Part shown: piece by piece, positions 45,126 to 55,195 of the stretch
Position numbering within the stretch: the stretch's first letter is position 1
How the letters are laid out: each line of letters starts with the position of its first letter
Assembly: GCA_000002445.1 (NCBI GenBank)
Contig: CM000207.1
Span: 608,001-672,000 of the forward strand
Direction of reading: 5' to 3'
From: Trypanosoma brucei
Lineage: Eukaryota
Length of the DNA stretch: 64,000 nucleotides
Notes under the pieces: generated by a model
What the model saw: the letters and a program-made list of their open reading frames with translations, nothing else
Told to the model about the DNA's origin: nothing
Database searches by the model: none
Translations under genes and position numbers: made by a program

Positions 45126-48100
45126 ATGGCCACATCTCTTGTGCAGTTGTATTGCTACGACCTCAGCGGAGGGATGGCGGAGTCCATGAGCCTCATGTTG
45201 ATTGGGCGCCATTTGGAAGCAATATGGCACACTGGAATTGTTGTGTATGGAAAGGAGTACTATTTTGACGGCGGGGTTGGCATTGTTCACTCCTCACCCG
45301 GTGGATCTCACTTTGGCACGCCAAAACGGGTAGAAACACTCGGTACAACAACGAAAGGCGAAGGCGAGTTTCTTGAATGGGTTAAGCAGCGAAGGCTTGA
45401 TACATTTGGCCCAACACACTACAATCTCCTTAACCGAAATTGTAACCACTTCACGCAAGCGGCAGCGCAGTTTCTCGTAGAGCGTGACATTCCTAGTGAA
45501 ATCCGCGATATGATTCCCACTGTGCTGGATACTCCCCTTGGCCGCATGCTTAAACCCATGCTGGAAATGGCCACCAGAGGCTTGGAAGCATCCGCAAAGA
45601 CATCACAACTTTCTACTTCACCGCGGAAGAAAGTATCAAACACCACTGAAACGCCCACTGTGAGTGATTCCTCTACCTCCCTCGACGTTGCAACTGGCCT
45701 GAACTCGGAGAAATCTCATCTCTCAGTGGAGGAGCATGAAGAAGTAATGCTTGTCCGTGCGATGCTGCAGAGTAATGAATTGCTCTCGTCAGGGACGCGG
45801 GAAGGCTTTAACACGACGATGGGAGCACTTATCCTGCTTCGGATGGTCATAACAAATATCCTGAGGAATCCAACTCAACTCAAGTACAGGACGCTTTCTA
45901 CTCAAGATAAGGAGTATAAGTCGAAAATAGCACCTCTGGAAGAGTTTGGTGCAGCCGATATACTGCGTCTCTGTGGGTTCCGTCTGTTGCAGCACCCGAC
46001 GTTGAATCAAGCTGTGTGGTTCCTGAGTGATGCGGACGGCAGTGAAGATGTTCTGGCCATAATGGTGACCCACATCACCGAGTTGATTGAGTTGGTGGAA
46101 AGTGAGTATCAATCAGAGTTTTGCGCAGTAGAGGGAGATCCAAATATAGGGACTTTCCATAAAGAAAAATACCCAGTTCCCCCCCTTACGTCAAACGCGA
46201 GTGATCCAGGGGACAGGGCAATGGAGGTCATAATGCACGACGCTGTGAAACCTATCTCTTCGCTTGAAGACTTGATGAATTGGTCCCCTACATCACCTGG
46301 AGCAATTACCCCAGCAGCGCCGTGTCGCCGCCGCGTGCAGGCCAGTGTGGAAGATGGTCCGAGGCTTTTAATTTGCCATGACATGAAGGGTGGTTATCTT
46401 CCAACTGACTACGAGCACTTCGCTGTCTGTAATAGACTGATGAAGGGTGCATCAGCTCTCGTCCCGTCGGTGGTGAATTGTAGCTATACGGTGAGTTACT
46501 GGCATCATGTGGACTACTTTGTTTACTTTTCGCACAACTTCGTTACGGTTCCCCCAAAGGAGTGGATCAGCTACGCCCACCGCGAGGGGGTTCCAGCCCT
46601 TGGAACGTTTATTACCGAAGGCGAAAGCTTAACTCTTCGCAAGATTCTACATGATGCCCAAAGTTCGGCGTCCACCATTAGGAAGTTGGTGGATTTATGT
46701 GATGCACACAACTTTGATGGATACCTTATGAATATCGAAACAAATTTAGATGAAACCCTTGCAAAGCGCTTGATAACGTTCGTGGCTACGTTAAAGAAAT
46801 CCCTCAACAAATCGCGACCGCCTAACTCTGGGGAGCGCTTTGTATTCTGGTACGATGCTGTCACTGTGGAGGGAATCGTTTCGTATCAGAACGGTCTAAC
46901 GTCCAAGAATAAGCCCTTTTTTGATGTCTGCAACGGCTTGTTCACAAACTATGGCTGGAGACCGTACAGTCTCCCTTTATCCACTGCGATTGCGGGGCAA
47001 AGAAATCGCGATGTGTTTGTTGGTGTTGACATATTTGGCCGTGGTGTCTACGGAGGCGGAGGATACGATAGCCATAAAGCTGCAGACTGTGCATCTGGTG
47101 CAAAGCTTTCCATTGCCATTTTCGCGCCTGGTTGGACTTCTGAATGCGTAGGAAATGGCTGTCGCGAAAATTTTCAGCGTAACGACGCGCACATGTGGAG
47201 TAAAATGCAGGATATATGGACTACCAAGTATCTTGAGTTGGACACTTTGCCGGTATGGACGTGCTTCCTTGACGAAGTTGGAACACAATTCTTCGTGAAT
47301 GGAGCTCCCGTTTTGGGTTGCGTTTCCAATCAAAATAGCCTTGGAAGCGGTGTAAAGTGCAGTAATGATGACACTGATTTTTTTTTCCCTGAGTGGTGCC
47401 AAATTTCACAGACACACATAAAGCCTTGTTACAAGCTGGTGCGCGGTGGGGCGGAGGGGGATCCATGGTGTGTGCTGCCGTTCGAAGTGGTGGGTAAAGA
47501 TGGGTGCCACACCAATAAAGATGGACAGACTGTGCCCCTCGATTGGTCGACAAAACAGGTGTGGATGGGTAACCGTAGCATGAGCTTCGCCGCTCCGCCA
47601 AACGCTACCGTTCCACTTATGCGATGGAAGGTACGTCTTGAAGTCGGAGCAGCTGACGGTGAGAAGACGTCCGACGCGCTGGCGTTCCTTGACATTGCCT
47701 GGTTGTGTAACGCCGTAGATGCGCAAGCGCACTCCGTGCGCTGCGTGTGTGTCGAGGGTGTAAATGGCTCTTCCACGACACGGGTCGTGTTTGACGAGCA
47801 GCTTGCATCCCCAGAGAGAATAATTGTCGTAGCAACTGTGGGAAATTGGCAGATTGTTCGTTACGTAATTCCGGACAACGTTACATGGACGCACGTCACT
47901 TGTTTGTCGATACTAAACCCCTCTGAGAATGAATCACTTGTTTGCACTGTGGGTGGCGTTGCCCTGACTGAGCCGACATACGATAATTCCACCAGTGTGT
48001 TGCTTTTGGGGGATGCACAAATCTTGCCCTCAACTTCGTATACGGTGGACAAAACATCAGACCCAACCACATGCGTAGTCACACTTGACGTGCCGAATGA

Positions 48101-48281
48101 ACTGAGAAAAAAATCAAACAAGGTCATTCTGTTCGCGAAAATTGGGTTTCCGGGTGGAAAACTTCTGAGTGCGTACTTGGGAACGCATGAGATATCGAAG
48201 CAAATTCTGTTACCGTTGAATATACCGTCTGATGCTTTTGTTTACGAAATGTTCTTCTATGGATCAGCTTCTGGAAACTAA
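45126..48281 (+). CDS. three-domain protein: N-terminal PPPDE/DeSI papain-fold peptidase, central PUB (p97-binding) domain, C-terminal GH85 endo-beta-N-acetylglucosaminidase (ENGase)
   Basis: The first ATG is at 45126; the track start at 45105 is GTG. PPPDE: catalytic His context WHTGIVVYGKEYYFDGG and catalytic Cys in YNLLNRNCNHFTQ. PUB: NPTQLKYRTLSTQDKEYKSKIAPLEEFGAADILRLCGF. GH85: LICHDMKGGY and the catalytic N-x-E in DGYLMNIETN (compare human ENGase DGWLINIEN). Confidence 0.8.
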   Translation: MATSLVQLYCYDLSGGMAESMSLMLIGRHLEAIWHTGIVVYGKEYYFDGGVGIVHSSPGGSHFGTPKRVETLGTTTKGEGEFLEWVKQRRLDTFGPTHYNLLNRNCNHFTQAAAQFLVERDIPSEIRDMIPTVLDTPLGRMLKPMLEMATRGLEASAKTSQLSTSPRKKVSNTTETPTVSDSSTSLDVATGLNSEKSHLSVEEHEEVMLVRAMLQSNELLSSGTREGFNTTMGALILLRMVITNILRNPTQLKYRTLSTQDKEYKSKIAPLEEFGAADILRLCGFRLLQHPTLNQAVWFLSDADGSEDVLAIMVTHITELIELVESEYQSEFCAVEGDPNIGTFHKEKYPVPPLTSNASDPGDRAMEVIMHDAVKPISSLEDLMNWSPTSPGAITPAAPCRRRVQASVEDGPRLLICHDMKGGYLPTDYEHFAVCNRLMKGASALVPSVVNCSYTVSYWHHVDYFVYFSHNFVTVPPKEWISYAHREGVPALGTFITEGESLTLRKILHDAQSSASTIRKLVDLCDAHNFDGYLMNIETNLDETLAKRLITFVATLKKSLNKSRPPNSGERFVFWYDAVTVEGIVSYQNGLTSKNKPFFDVCNGLFTNYGWRPYSLPLSTAIAGQRNRDVFVGVDIFGRGVYGGGGYDSHKAADCASGAKLSIAIFAPGWTSECVGNGCRENFQRNDAHMWSKMQDIWTTKYLELDTLPVWTCFLDEVGTQFFVNGAPVLGCVSNQNSLGSGVKCSNDDTDFFFPEWCQISQTHIKPCYKLVRGGAEGDPWCVLPFEVVGKDGCHTNKDGQTVPLDWSTKQVWMGNRSMSFAAPPNATVPLMRWKVRLEVGAADGEKTSDALAFLDIAWLCNAVDAQAHSVRCVCVEGVNGSSTTRVVFDEQLASPERIIVVATVGNWQIVRYVIPDNVTWTHVTCLSILNPSENESLVCTVGGVALTEPTYDNSTSVLLLGDAQILPSTSYTVDKTSDPTTCVVTLDVPNELRKKSNKVILFAKIGFPGGKLLSAYLGTHEISKQILLPLNIPSDAFVYEMFFYGSASGN

Positions 48282-49530
48282 AAGGAGCTCGTCCGAAGGT
48301 GAAAAGTTGAAGATACAAATTGACTTGTGCAGGCACCCTTTTTAATTTCTGTTCCCCTCATTCCAATGCAGGTTTCTTTTTACCACATTAATTCTACTTA
48401 TCGCTTCTTTCTTGCTGCTTGAGAGCTTGTAACCTCACTGGGCGTCATGACACTGTTACCATGCAACGGAGGGTGGTAAAAATGTTTCACAGCCTTTTTC
48501 TTTCTGTGTCAACCTTTTTTCTCTGGTTTCTTCGGAGTAAACGTCAACGGCTTGTACGCAGAGAGTCACGACTTGCACGGGATTTCTTTTTGGCGTACTG
48601 TCCACGGAAAGTTTCGTGTGGTTGGAAGGGTGAGTAAACCGTGTCGTGGCGGTTTTGCTCCAACTCTTTTCTCTTCATTCTTAGTAGCTTGCTGCTTACT
48701 CCGCTGTATGTTGCGCATCCGCCGAACAGCCTTCAGCTTCCTTGGAGGGTTTGCGATCGCTGACTTCTACGTAAATTGCACGAATCTTGATGATATACAA
48801 AACGAACTGGGTGTGCAGGGCGTTGAGCGTGTTGCGAGTCCCAATTATTTTTCTTGGATATTCCGTTCCACACCTGTGAAACCGCAACAACCCGCATTTG
48901 GCTCGACGCTGCGTGAAGACGTCGAGTTGCTGTTCCAGAAGTCTCCCCTCTCCGGAGCGGCCCTGGTTTTCACAGCGGTGTCACTTGGAGGCATTTGGTC
49001 ATTGCTTGGTTCCTGCGCGGCTGTTGTGCTTGATGGGGATGAGGGTAGCGAGCGCTACGATGCTCTGAAGCGTTGGCTGAATGGATAGGCTCGCCGTTAG
49101 TGAAGACGGTGTACTCTGGTGCCTGTGTTTGTGGTGACAATTCGCTGTTTCTAAAGCTACGAAACGAACTGGCTTGTTTGGTGGGTGTGGTATCTGCTAT
49201 TGTTCTTTGTGAATACGTGTTTGTCAATTACAAAATTTGGGTTTGGTGGTAGCTATGGAGTGGTAAATTATAATGGCGGTATTAATGGCAGCAGTGAAGT
49301 TGAAAATAACCTTGATGCGTTCTATTCCCTTCGTGTTTTCCCCATTTATTTGACTACCTCGCTCCTTTAATCAACGCTTTGTGCAGAGAAGCCGCACAAC
49401 GGTCTTCTAGGAAGTTGAAGTGCCTCCGTGTGCATTAAACAGTGGAGCCGGTAGAGGGGAGTAATACCGGGAGCACCTGTAGTTCCATTTGTTGTTGGTA
49501 TCTGGGCGGGTGCTGTCTCCGTCCCTGTCT

Positions 49531-50487
49531 ATGGCAATCGTCGGGGACTCGTTAAATAAGAGGCGCAACTACACCGTCTGCGGTCTTGTTAGCAACCCGT
49601 TGTTCCAGAAGTGCGCGGAGGTCGCTCAGTATGTGGCAGAAGAGTACAGTGATGAATTTTATGTAGATATATTCCGTGAGATGCCTTGCGAGTTCTACAG
49701 TCGTAGAGAGCAGCTGTTAAACAGTAAGAAGATAGAGGACGGTGGAATGGAGGTCATCGTCCTTGTGGGCGCCGATGGGCACACCGGCCCCACCAACGGA
49801 GAGGGCGAGGCAATGTCCGGGGATGACTTCCTGAACATGATGCAGAAGGCAACTTGCTTTCGAGTTCTTAACATCCCACCCGAGAGACCTGACTCTTACG
49901 AAAATATGGCGCATCTTTCGTGGAAGAATTACCTTCGGGAGCGGGGGAACACTTACTGCTGGATGGAAATAAGCATTGGTGAGATGGTCCACGGGCGCGT
50001 TACGTTTGAACTTTACTCGCGCGTAGTGCCCCACACCTGCAGCAACTTCTGGCACCTCTGTAAGGGCGACCTGAGTCGGGATGCGGACGAGGGAGAAGAG
50101 CAGGTGCCAATACTAAGCTACAAAAATTCAACCTTCTTCCGCACTTTGCATGGAGCGTGGGTGATGGGCGGTGACATCAGTGGAGGGAATGGTCGGGGTG
50201 GATATTCCATTTACGGTCGTTACTTCCCGAATGAGTCTTATGCCATTCCCCACGATAGGGTTGGGGTGCTTGGAATGTGCAATGACGGCGGAGACACCAA
50301 CGCATCTTCTTTTTACATCACAATGAAGGCCATGCAATGGATGAACGGCCGCTACGTGGCGTTTGGCCGTGTGGTCGACGGCTTGGAAGTCGTACATGCT
50401 ATCCACGCAGTAGATGTAAAACACAATCAGTGTCCGAAAAAGGTGATAACCATAAGTGACTGCGGTGTGATTGACCTTACAGAGTGA
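49531..50487 (+). CDS. cyclophilin-type peptidyl-prolyl cis-trans isomerase with a ~160-aa N-terminal extension
   Basis: The cyclophilin domain includes GRVTFELYSRVVPHTCSNFWHLCKG, FFRTLHGAWVMGGDISGGNGRGGYSIYG, FYITMKAMQWMNGRYVAFGRVVDGLEVV and KHNQCPKKVITISDCG. The first ATG is at 49531; the track start at 49489 is TTG. Confidence 0.85.
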   Translation: MAIVGDSLNKRRNYTVCGLVSNPLFQKCAEVAQYVAEEYSDEFYVDIFREMPCEFYSRREQLLNSKKIEDGGMEVIVLVGADGHTGPTNGEGEAMSGDDFLNMMQKATCFRVLNIPPERPDSYENMAHLSWKNYLRERGNTYCWMEISIGEMVHGRVTFELYSRVVPHTCSNFWHLCKGDLSRDADEGEEQVPILSYKNSTFFRTLHGAWVMGGDISGGNGRGGYSIYGRYFPNESYAIPHDRVGVLGMCNDGGDTNASSFYITMKAMQWMNGRYVAFGRVVDGLEVVHAIHAVDVKHNQCPKKVITISDCGVIDLTE

Positions 50488-51204
50488 TTAGAGGTGCTTT
50501 AGAAACTGTAGACGGGGAAAGTGAGATAGGGAAAAGATGGGAGTGTTGTTATGCGGAGAATTTCTTTGACAGCCTTCGTCCTGACCCGGCTTGCCAAGCT
50601 TTTCATTTTCTCATCTAATGTGCATGTCTTGGAAATCGCTCTCGGTTGGCGGCCCGTCCTTTCTAAACTTCTTCTTTTCACGTGCTTCAACCCCCCCTTT
50701 CTGTCCCTTCCTGGCTTCATGCTCACACAGGGTCGACGGCCCTCTTGTACATAAAGCGTCACGGGTGGAACTAATGTGTTTCTTTCTTTGAGCAGGTTTG
50801 TCAACTGTTGCGTCCCCTCTGGGAGGTGGAAACTGCAGAAAGCCATCAGAAGGAGAAGGGACAATGGACGAGAGTGCGGGGGGGGGGGAGAAATAAAAGT
50901 GTGTATGCGCAATGAGGCGGATAGAAGGACTGAAAAGGGATCCATTGGGGAAGGGGGCATCGTTTACTGTTTCCACGGAGTGATGTAAACCTCACAAGAT
51001 ACTTTGGGTCTTGTGTGTGGGAGCGTATGTATAAATAACTCGATTGGTGGCACATTCAGCAGGTCCACTACTATTAATCGCAGGGTGATTTATCCTGTTC
51101 ACACAACGCGCCCCTTACTCTCGTTCCCTTGCCTACCAACCCCATCTTTTCGTTTTTTTGCGTGTGCACCGCACGCGCGGAAGTCCTTCTTTTGCATTAC
51201 CGGG

Positions 51205-53595
51205 ATGGGAAGGAAGGATGACGCCATTAAAAAGTTAATATCGCTTAATTTTAGTAAAAGCAAGGCAACAGAAGCACTTAAGGAGGCTAATGGAGACTTT
51301 GACGTTGCCCTGAGAATTTTGCAGAACAAAAAAGTGAAAGAACAACAGGTTCCGGTGAAATCATTGGCAGAAAAGCCAAAGTTGAGCGGTAATGATGACC
51401 GCGTGGGTGACGGTGGTGAGGTGAAGCAAAGGAAACACCCGTGTATAGTGCAATACAAAAAATGCCAATATGGAAAGTTCTGTCGACTTCGTGACTACCC
51501 GGGTGATGTCTGCATCAACTACTTCAATGGTACTTGCTTGTATGGAAACTTCTGCAAGAGACGACACTATGTTGATGGAGTAGACATACGGGCCGACCAA
51601 CGTCCGGAGACAAGTAGTGGAATAGTTAAGCACCAGTCGGGCACCATCCGTATATCCAGGTCATGTGGCAATGGGGTGTTTGTTGGGGATGTGATACAGT
51701 GTGTTGACGAGGAATCGTCTTCCCAGCTTGCCGGTGCAACTCCTGAGCCATGCCGCTTTAATCTCATCCAGGGCTCGGAACCTACGTATACGGATCCCAG
51801 AGCTCTAGATTGGCAGTCGCGTGCTACTTCCGTCATCGGTACCACCCCAACTCCATTCTTGGATGCAGTAAGGCAAAATGCGCAGAAACAGGCTTTCGAA
51901 GAGGTCGCACCAACCTCTCCCGTCCCACTTTCAGTAACTTCTAGGGCTATCTCAAGGAATAAACACCCCTGTATAGCGCAGCGCGGTTGCTGTAAATACG
52001 GAAAGAACTGCCTTCATGCAGACAGGGACGCAGACGTTTGCGTGTTCTTTCTGAACGGAAGATGTGCGAGGGAAGGTTCCTGCAAGTACCGACATGAAAG
52101 CGATGCGGAATATTTGAGACGTGTTCGACCTGATTTATGGGGTGGAGGCTGCGATGACGCTAGCCAAGGCGGCGAGACGGTACCACTAACCGCCGAGAAG
52201 GTGTTGAAGGATGTGACAAGAGCGCGGTGGTGTCAAGCTGATGATGGGGAGGTTAAGGATGGGGAAAGATACCAACAAACCGGTGTTTCCCTCTCGGATT
52301 TTCTTCCGACCGCGCGTGTGGACGACGCACCCGAGGGCGGTACCCAGCGGGGGGAGCACGATGAAGATTCGATGGCACCTGACCAAAGCGGGGACAATGA
52401 GTTTGCCTCGCTTCTGAGTTTGATTGATGCGTTCCCAAGCGCCGAACCATATTTGTTGCTGCACGCCCTTCGCTGCGCTGACGGTAATCCCCATTACGCC
52501 GCCGACGTCATAAACCGAGTGAGTAATATTGATTCCACTGAGGATATCGATCTTTGCTTCCTAGCAAGCCGCTTGGAAGACGAGGATGAGGAGAGAGAGG
52601 CCGCAATCCGGGACAAACACGAGTGGTTTCTCACACTCTGCACGCTGTTTCCAGGCGTAGACACACCGTCGATTCAAGCGGTGTTGGATCGATGTGGAGG
52701 GGAATACGGAGAGGCCTACGACATTTTGCTTTGCCAAAGTGGTTCAGTAACAGCGAAGGCTTATGGGACCGCCTGGAGCGGTAAAGTTAAGGGAAGCGAA
52801 GAGGCTCGCGTGGAGAAGTTGTGCGGCATGTACCCGGGACTTCCCAAGGACGTGGTACAGAATGCCTTCGGGACTGCTGATGGCAATTTTCTCGTGGCAA
52901 GCGGTATATTGAATGATATGACCAAAGATATGTTGGTGGCGGGAGACGTTGTTGCTGATAGCCACCCCTGTCCGGCTCGCGGAAAGGTTGTTGTTACGAC
53001 GAAGCGAACGTCCGAAGAAGATGAACCGAAGAAGGTGTCGTTCCAGTTTCCGGTGAGCAGCCCATCACGCGAGGAAGTGGAGGCGTTTTACAACAGTGTG
53101 AAGAACGAGGTACGAGAGCTTGGTGATTGGCGACGGGTGCGAGAGCAGGCGTATATCATCAACAGTTGTCGTATCCGCGTGCTCAAGCACGCTGCAGCGG
53201 CATACCGACGTGGTGACGGCGAAGCCGCCAAGACTCTTAGTCGTCATGGGAAAGAACTTGGTGCCCAGTATCAGCGTCTCAACCGCATTGCGATGGTCGC
53301 ACTGGAGCGGGAGCGTCTGTATAGTAGCCCAGTCGTCACGCTTGACCTCCATGGCTTCCACGTTGAGGAGGCGATCGAGGTAGTGCGACGTCGTGTGAAG
53401 TTGTGCCAGCAGAAAGGTGTGAGGAACCTGCAAATTGTCACTGGCAGTGGCAAGCACAGCCGTGGCGGGAACTCTGCCCTTCACTCCGCAGTGCTGAAGC
53501 AGCTTCAGGAGGATACGCAACTAGACGGCATCGTTAAAATCGGGTCAATAAAACCTGCTTTTTTTGACGTTCAAATTGCACCGCGGCGTAAGTAA
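51205..53595 (+). CDS. UBA/CUE, tandem CCCH zinc-finger and Smr-domain protein (Cue2/N4BP2-like; candidate no-go-decay mRNA endonuclease)
   Basis: The first ATG is at 51205; the track start at 51004 is TTG. The N-terminal UBA is LISLNFSKSKATEALKEANGDFDVALRIL. There are two pairs of CCCH fingers (HPCIVQYKKCQYGKFCRLRDY...CINYFNGTCLYGNFCKRRH and HPCIAQRGCCKYGKNCLHADRD...CVFFLNGRCAREGSCKYRH). CUE-like segments include AEPYLLLHALRCADGNPHYAADVI and LFPGVDTPSIQAVLDRCGGEYGEAYDIL. The C-terminal Smr has TLDLHGFHVEEAIEVV and IVTGSGKHSRGG. Confidence 0.75.
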   Translation: MGRKDDAIKKLISLNFSKSKATEALKEANGDFDVALRILQNKKVKEQQVPVKSLAEKPKLSGNDDRVGDGGEVKQRKHPCIVQYKKCQYGKFCRLRDYPGDVCINYFNGTCLYGNFCKRRHYVDGVDIRADQRPETSSGIVKHQSGTIRISRSCGNGVFVGDVIQCVDEESSSQLAGATPEPCRFNLIQGSEPTYTDPRALDWQSRATSVIGTTPTPFLDAVRQNAQKQAFEEVAPTSPVPLSVTSRAISRNKHPCIAQRGCCKYGKNCLHADRDADVCVFFLNGRCAREGSCKYRHESDAEYLRRVRPDLWGGGCDDASQGGETVPLTAEKVLKDVTRARWCQADDGEVKDGERYQQTGVSLSDFLPTARVDDAPEGGTQRGEHDEDSMAPDQSGDNEFASLLSLIDAFPSAEPYLLLHALRCADGNPHYAADVINRVSNIDSTEDIDLCFLASRLEDEDEEREAAIRDKHEWFLTLCTLFPGVDTPSIQAVLDRCGGEYGEAYDILLCQSGSVTAKAYGTAWSGKVKGSEEARVEKLCGMYPGLPKDVVQNAFGTADGNFLVASGILNDMTKDMLVAGDVVADSHPCPARGKVVVTTKRTSEEDEPKKVSFQFPVSSPSREEVEAFYNSVKNEVRELGDWRRVREQAYIINSCRIRVLKHAAAAYRRGDGEAAKTLSRHGKELGAQYQRLNRIAMVALERERLYSSPVVTLDLHGFHVEEAIEVVRRRVKLCQQKGVRNLQIVTGSGKHSRGGNSALHSAVLKQLQEDTQLDGIVKIGSIKPAFFDVQIAPRRK

Positions 53596-53949
53596 CTGCC
53601 GCAAATATGGTATTACCAAGGACTTCACGCTTCATGGGACGGGGTCTCCTATAGGAGAAAATGGGGATTTACTTGATAAGTTTTTGTGCTGCCGCAGTGT
53701 TTGGCTCGGCGGAAAGAGGCTTCAATTGGAGGCCAACTAAGGGGTAAGGGTGTTATAGGGGGATGACTGGCGACTCTGACGCCGCCGACGGTAACTTGCA
53801 CTCTGTCCAATAATAAAATTGACTCATTTTATTGTTTTTTGTTGCTTTGCCGTGGTTGCCTGATTGTGTAGCTGTTTGGATTGAGCACTGTTGCTGGTGC
53901 GTAAAAAGGTTACTTTCTGCAGTGCCCAGAGGAGTGAAGAGGTGTTAGG

Positions 53950-54741
53950 ATGTCCACCAGCAGCCGCGGTATTTTGATTGCCGGGTTGACGAACCGTGCT
54001 CGAACACAGATGGCGGAGGGTATTCTCCGTCGACTGACAGCGGGAACCATATTTATAAAGAGCGGCGGTGTGCATCACGAGTCAACCATACATCCGCTTG
54101 CAGTTAAAGTCATGAAAGATATCGGCATTGACATTAGCAAACAGTCTGTGACGTCACTCGAAGCCGCACGCAGGCAACAGAACACGTACGACGTATACAT
54201 TAGCATTGACTGCAGTTACGAGCGGCGAACACTGGATAAATCGCAACCACCACGTGCGGAGGTTCGGCGTCGGGAGAGTTTCACCGTAGAATATGGAGAC
54301 GACGGTAGTGGTCCCAGAGGCGGCGATGACCCGGTGCGTTACGACCCGCTACTAGTTCCGCGCACCCCATCTCACTGGAGTGTTGGTGTTGACGCAACCG
54401 ACGTGCGGCGTCGCTGGCAGATATGGAGTCCCCGGGACCCCTCCATATTTCATGAAACCTCCACGCGGAAGTTTCAGGATCACTTATACGAAGGGGAGCC
54501 ACTCTTCATGCAGTTACGACAATGCCCTTGGAGAACTCAGGCGAAAGTTTCTGAGCGATGGGAGATGGATGAAGTGGCAATACGATATCCTGTGGAGCGT
54601 CATAGCGCACATGAGCTTCGTTTTGTGCAGGCGCGCGAGCAGCTGTTGCAGAGGTCTTTCGATCTGCTCACAAAACTTGAGAAGCATTATGGTGAAAGGC
54701 TCCTGCTTGACAGAGCGCTACTGGAGGAATTTATTTCATAG
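53950..54741 (+). CDS. ArsC/LMW-PTP-like protein with substituted catalytic cysteines (predicted pseudo-phosphatase/pseudo-arsenate-reductase), plus a ~170-aa unique C-terminal region
   Basis: True ATG. The N-terminal 90 aa align to B. subtilis ArsC (LMW-PTP fold): ILIAGLTNRARTQMAEG versus ILFLCTGNSCRSQMAEG, and SGGVHHESTIHPLAVKVMKDIGIDISKQ versus [27 protein letters not shown]. The P-loop Cys-X5-Arg nucleophile Cys is Gly and the second Cys is Ala; the Arg is retained. Confidence 0.55.
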   Translation: MSTSSRGILIAGLTNRARTQMAEGILRRLTAGTIFIKSGGVHHESTIHPLAVKVMKDIGIDISKQSVTSLEAARRQQNTYDVYISIDCSYERRTLDKSQPPRAEVRRRESFTVEYGDDGSGPRGGDDPVRYDPLLVPRTPSHWSVGVDATDVRRRWQIWSPRDPSIFHETSTRKFQDHLYEGEPLFMQLRQCPWRTQAKVSERWEMDEVAIRYPVERHSAHELRFVQAREQLLQRSFDLLTKLEKHYGERLLLDRALLEEFIS

Positions 54742-55195
54742 CGCCTCAGCCACGTGTACACACGTATATACATATTTATCACACACAAGTGCGTCTAGGC
54801 GTATCGAGCCGATATCGTTTTGCTTGAGTGGCAATCCTATTACTTCTTTCAGTGAGTAAAGAATAAGACAAGCAATATGTGACACACGTTTTGCTGCCAC
54901 ACCGTGGTCGTGCTGGGCTCTAGCGACCTCCGCCCGATCGGGTGTCTTGTTTCCTCTCCCACGTTTAAGCATTTTCTTCATTTCACCACTTTTGTTAGCA
55001 ACGTAAACATTGTTTAGTTTTTTGCCCTGGGCGGTTGAAGATTCGACAGCCAACAGTTTGTCACTTTCTGACGGCGCAGGCACAGGCACAGGTTACAGGG
55101 GCGAGGGGCGTGTGTCGTGTGTTGAGCCCTCTTTGTGCCGGTAGGTGAGAGCGAAGAGTATACACCAGCGGTTTTTAGGCGCGACGTAGTGCGCG

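Noticed and set aside
48552-49088. 178-aa plus-strand ORF (125 aa from the internal ATG) with one hydrophobic helix, in the gap between the ENGase and cyclophilin genes
   Set aside because: It starts at TTG, and the internal-ATG product has no recognisable features beyond a hydrophobic stretch. The gap size is normal for a processing region. It is kept out of the feature list but worth a transcript check.
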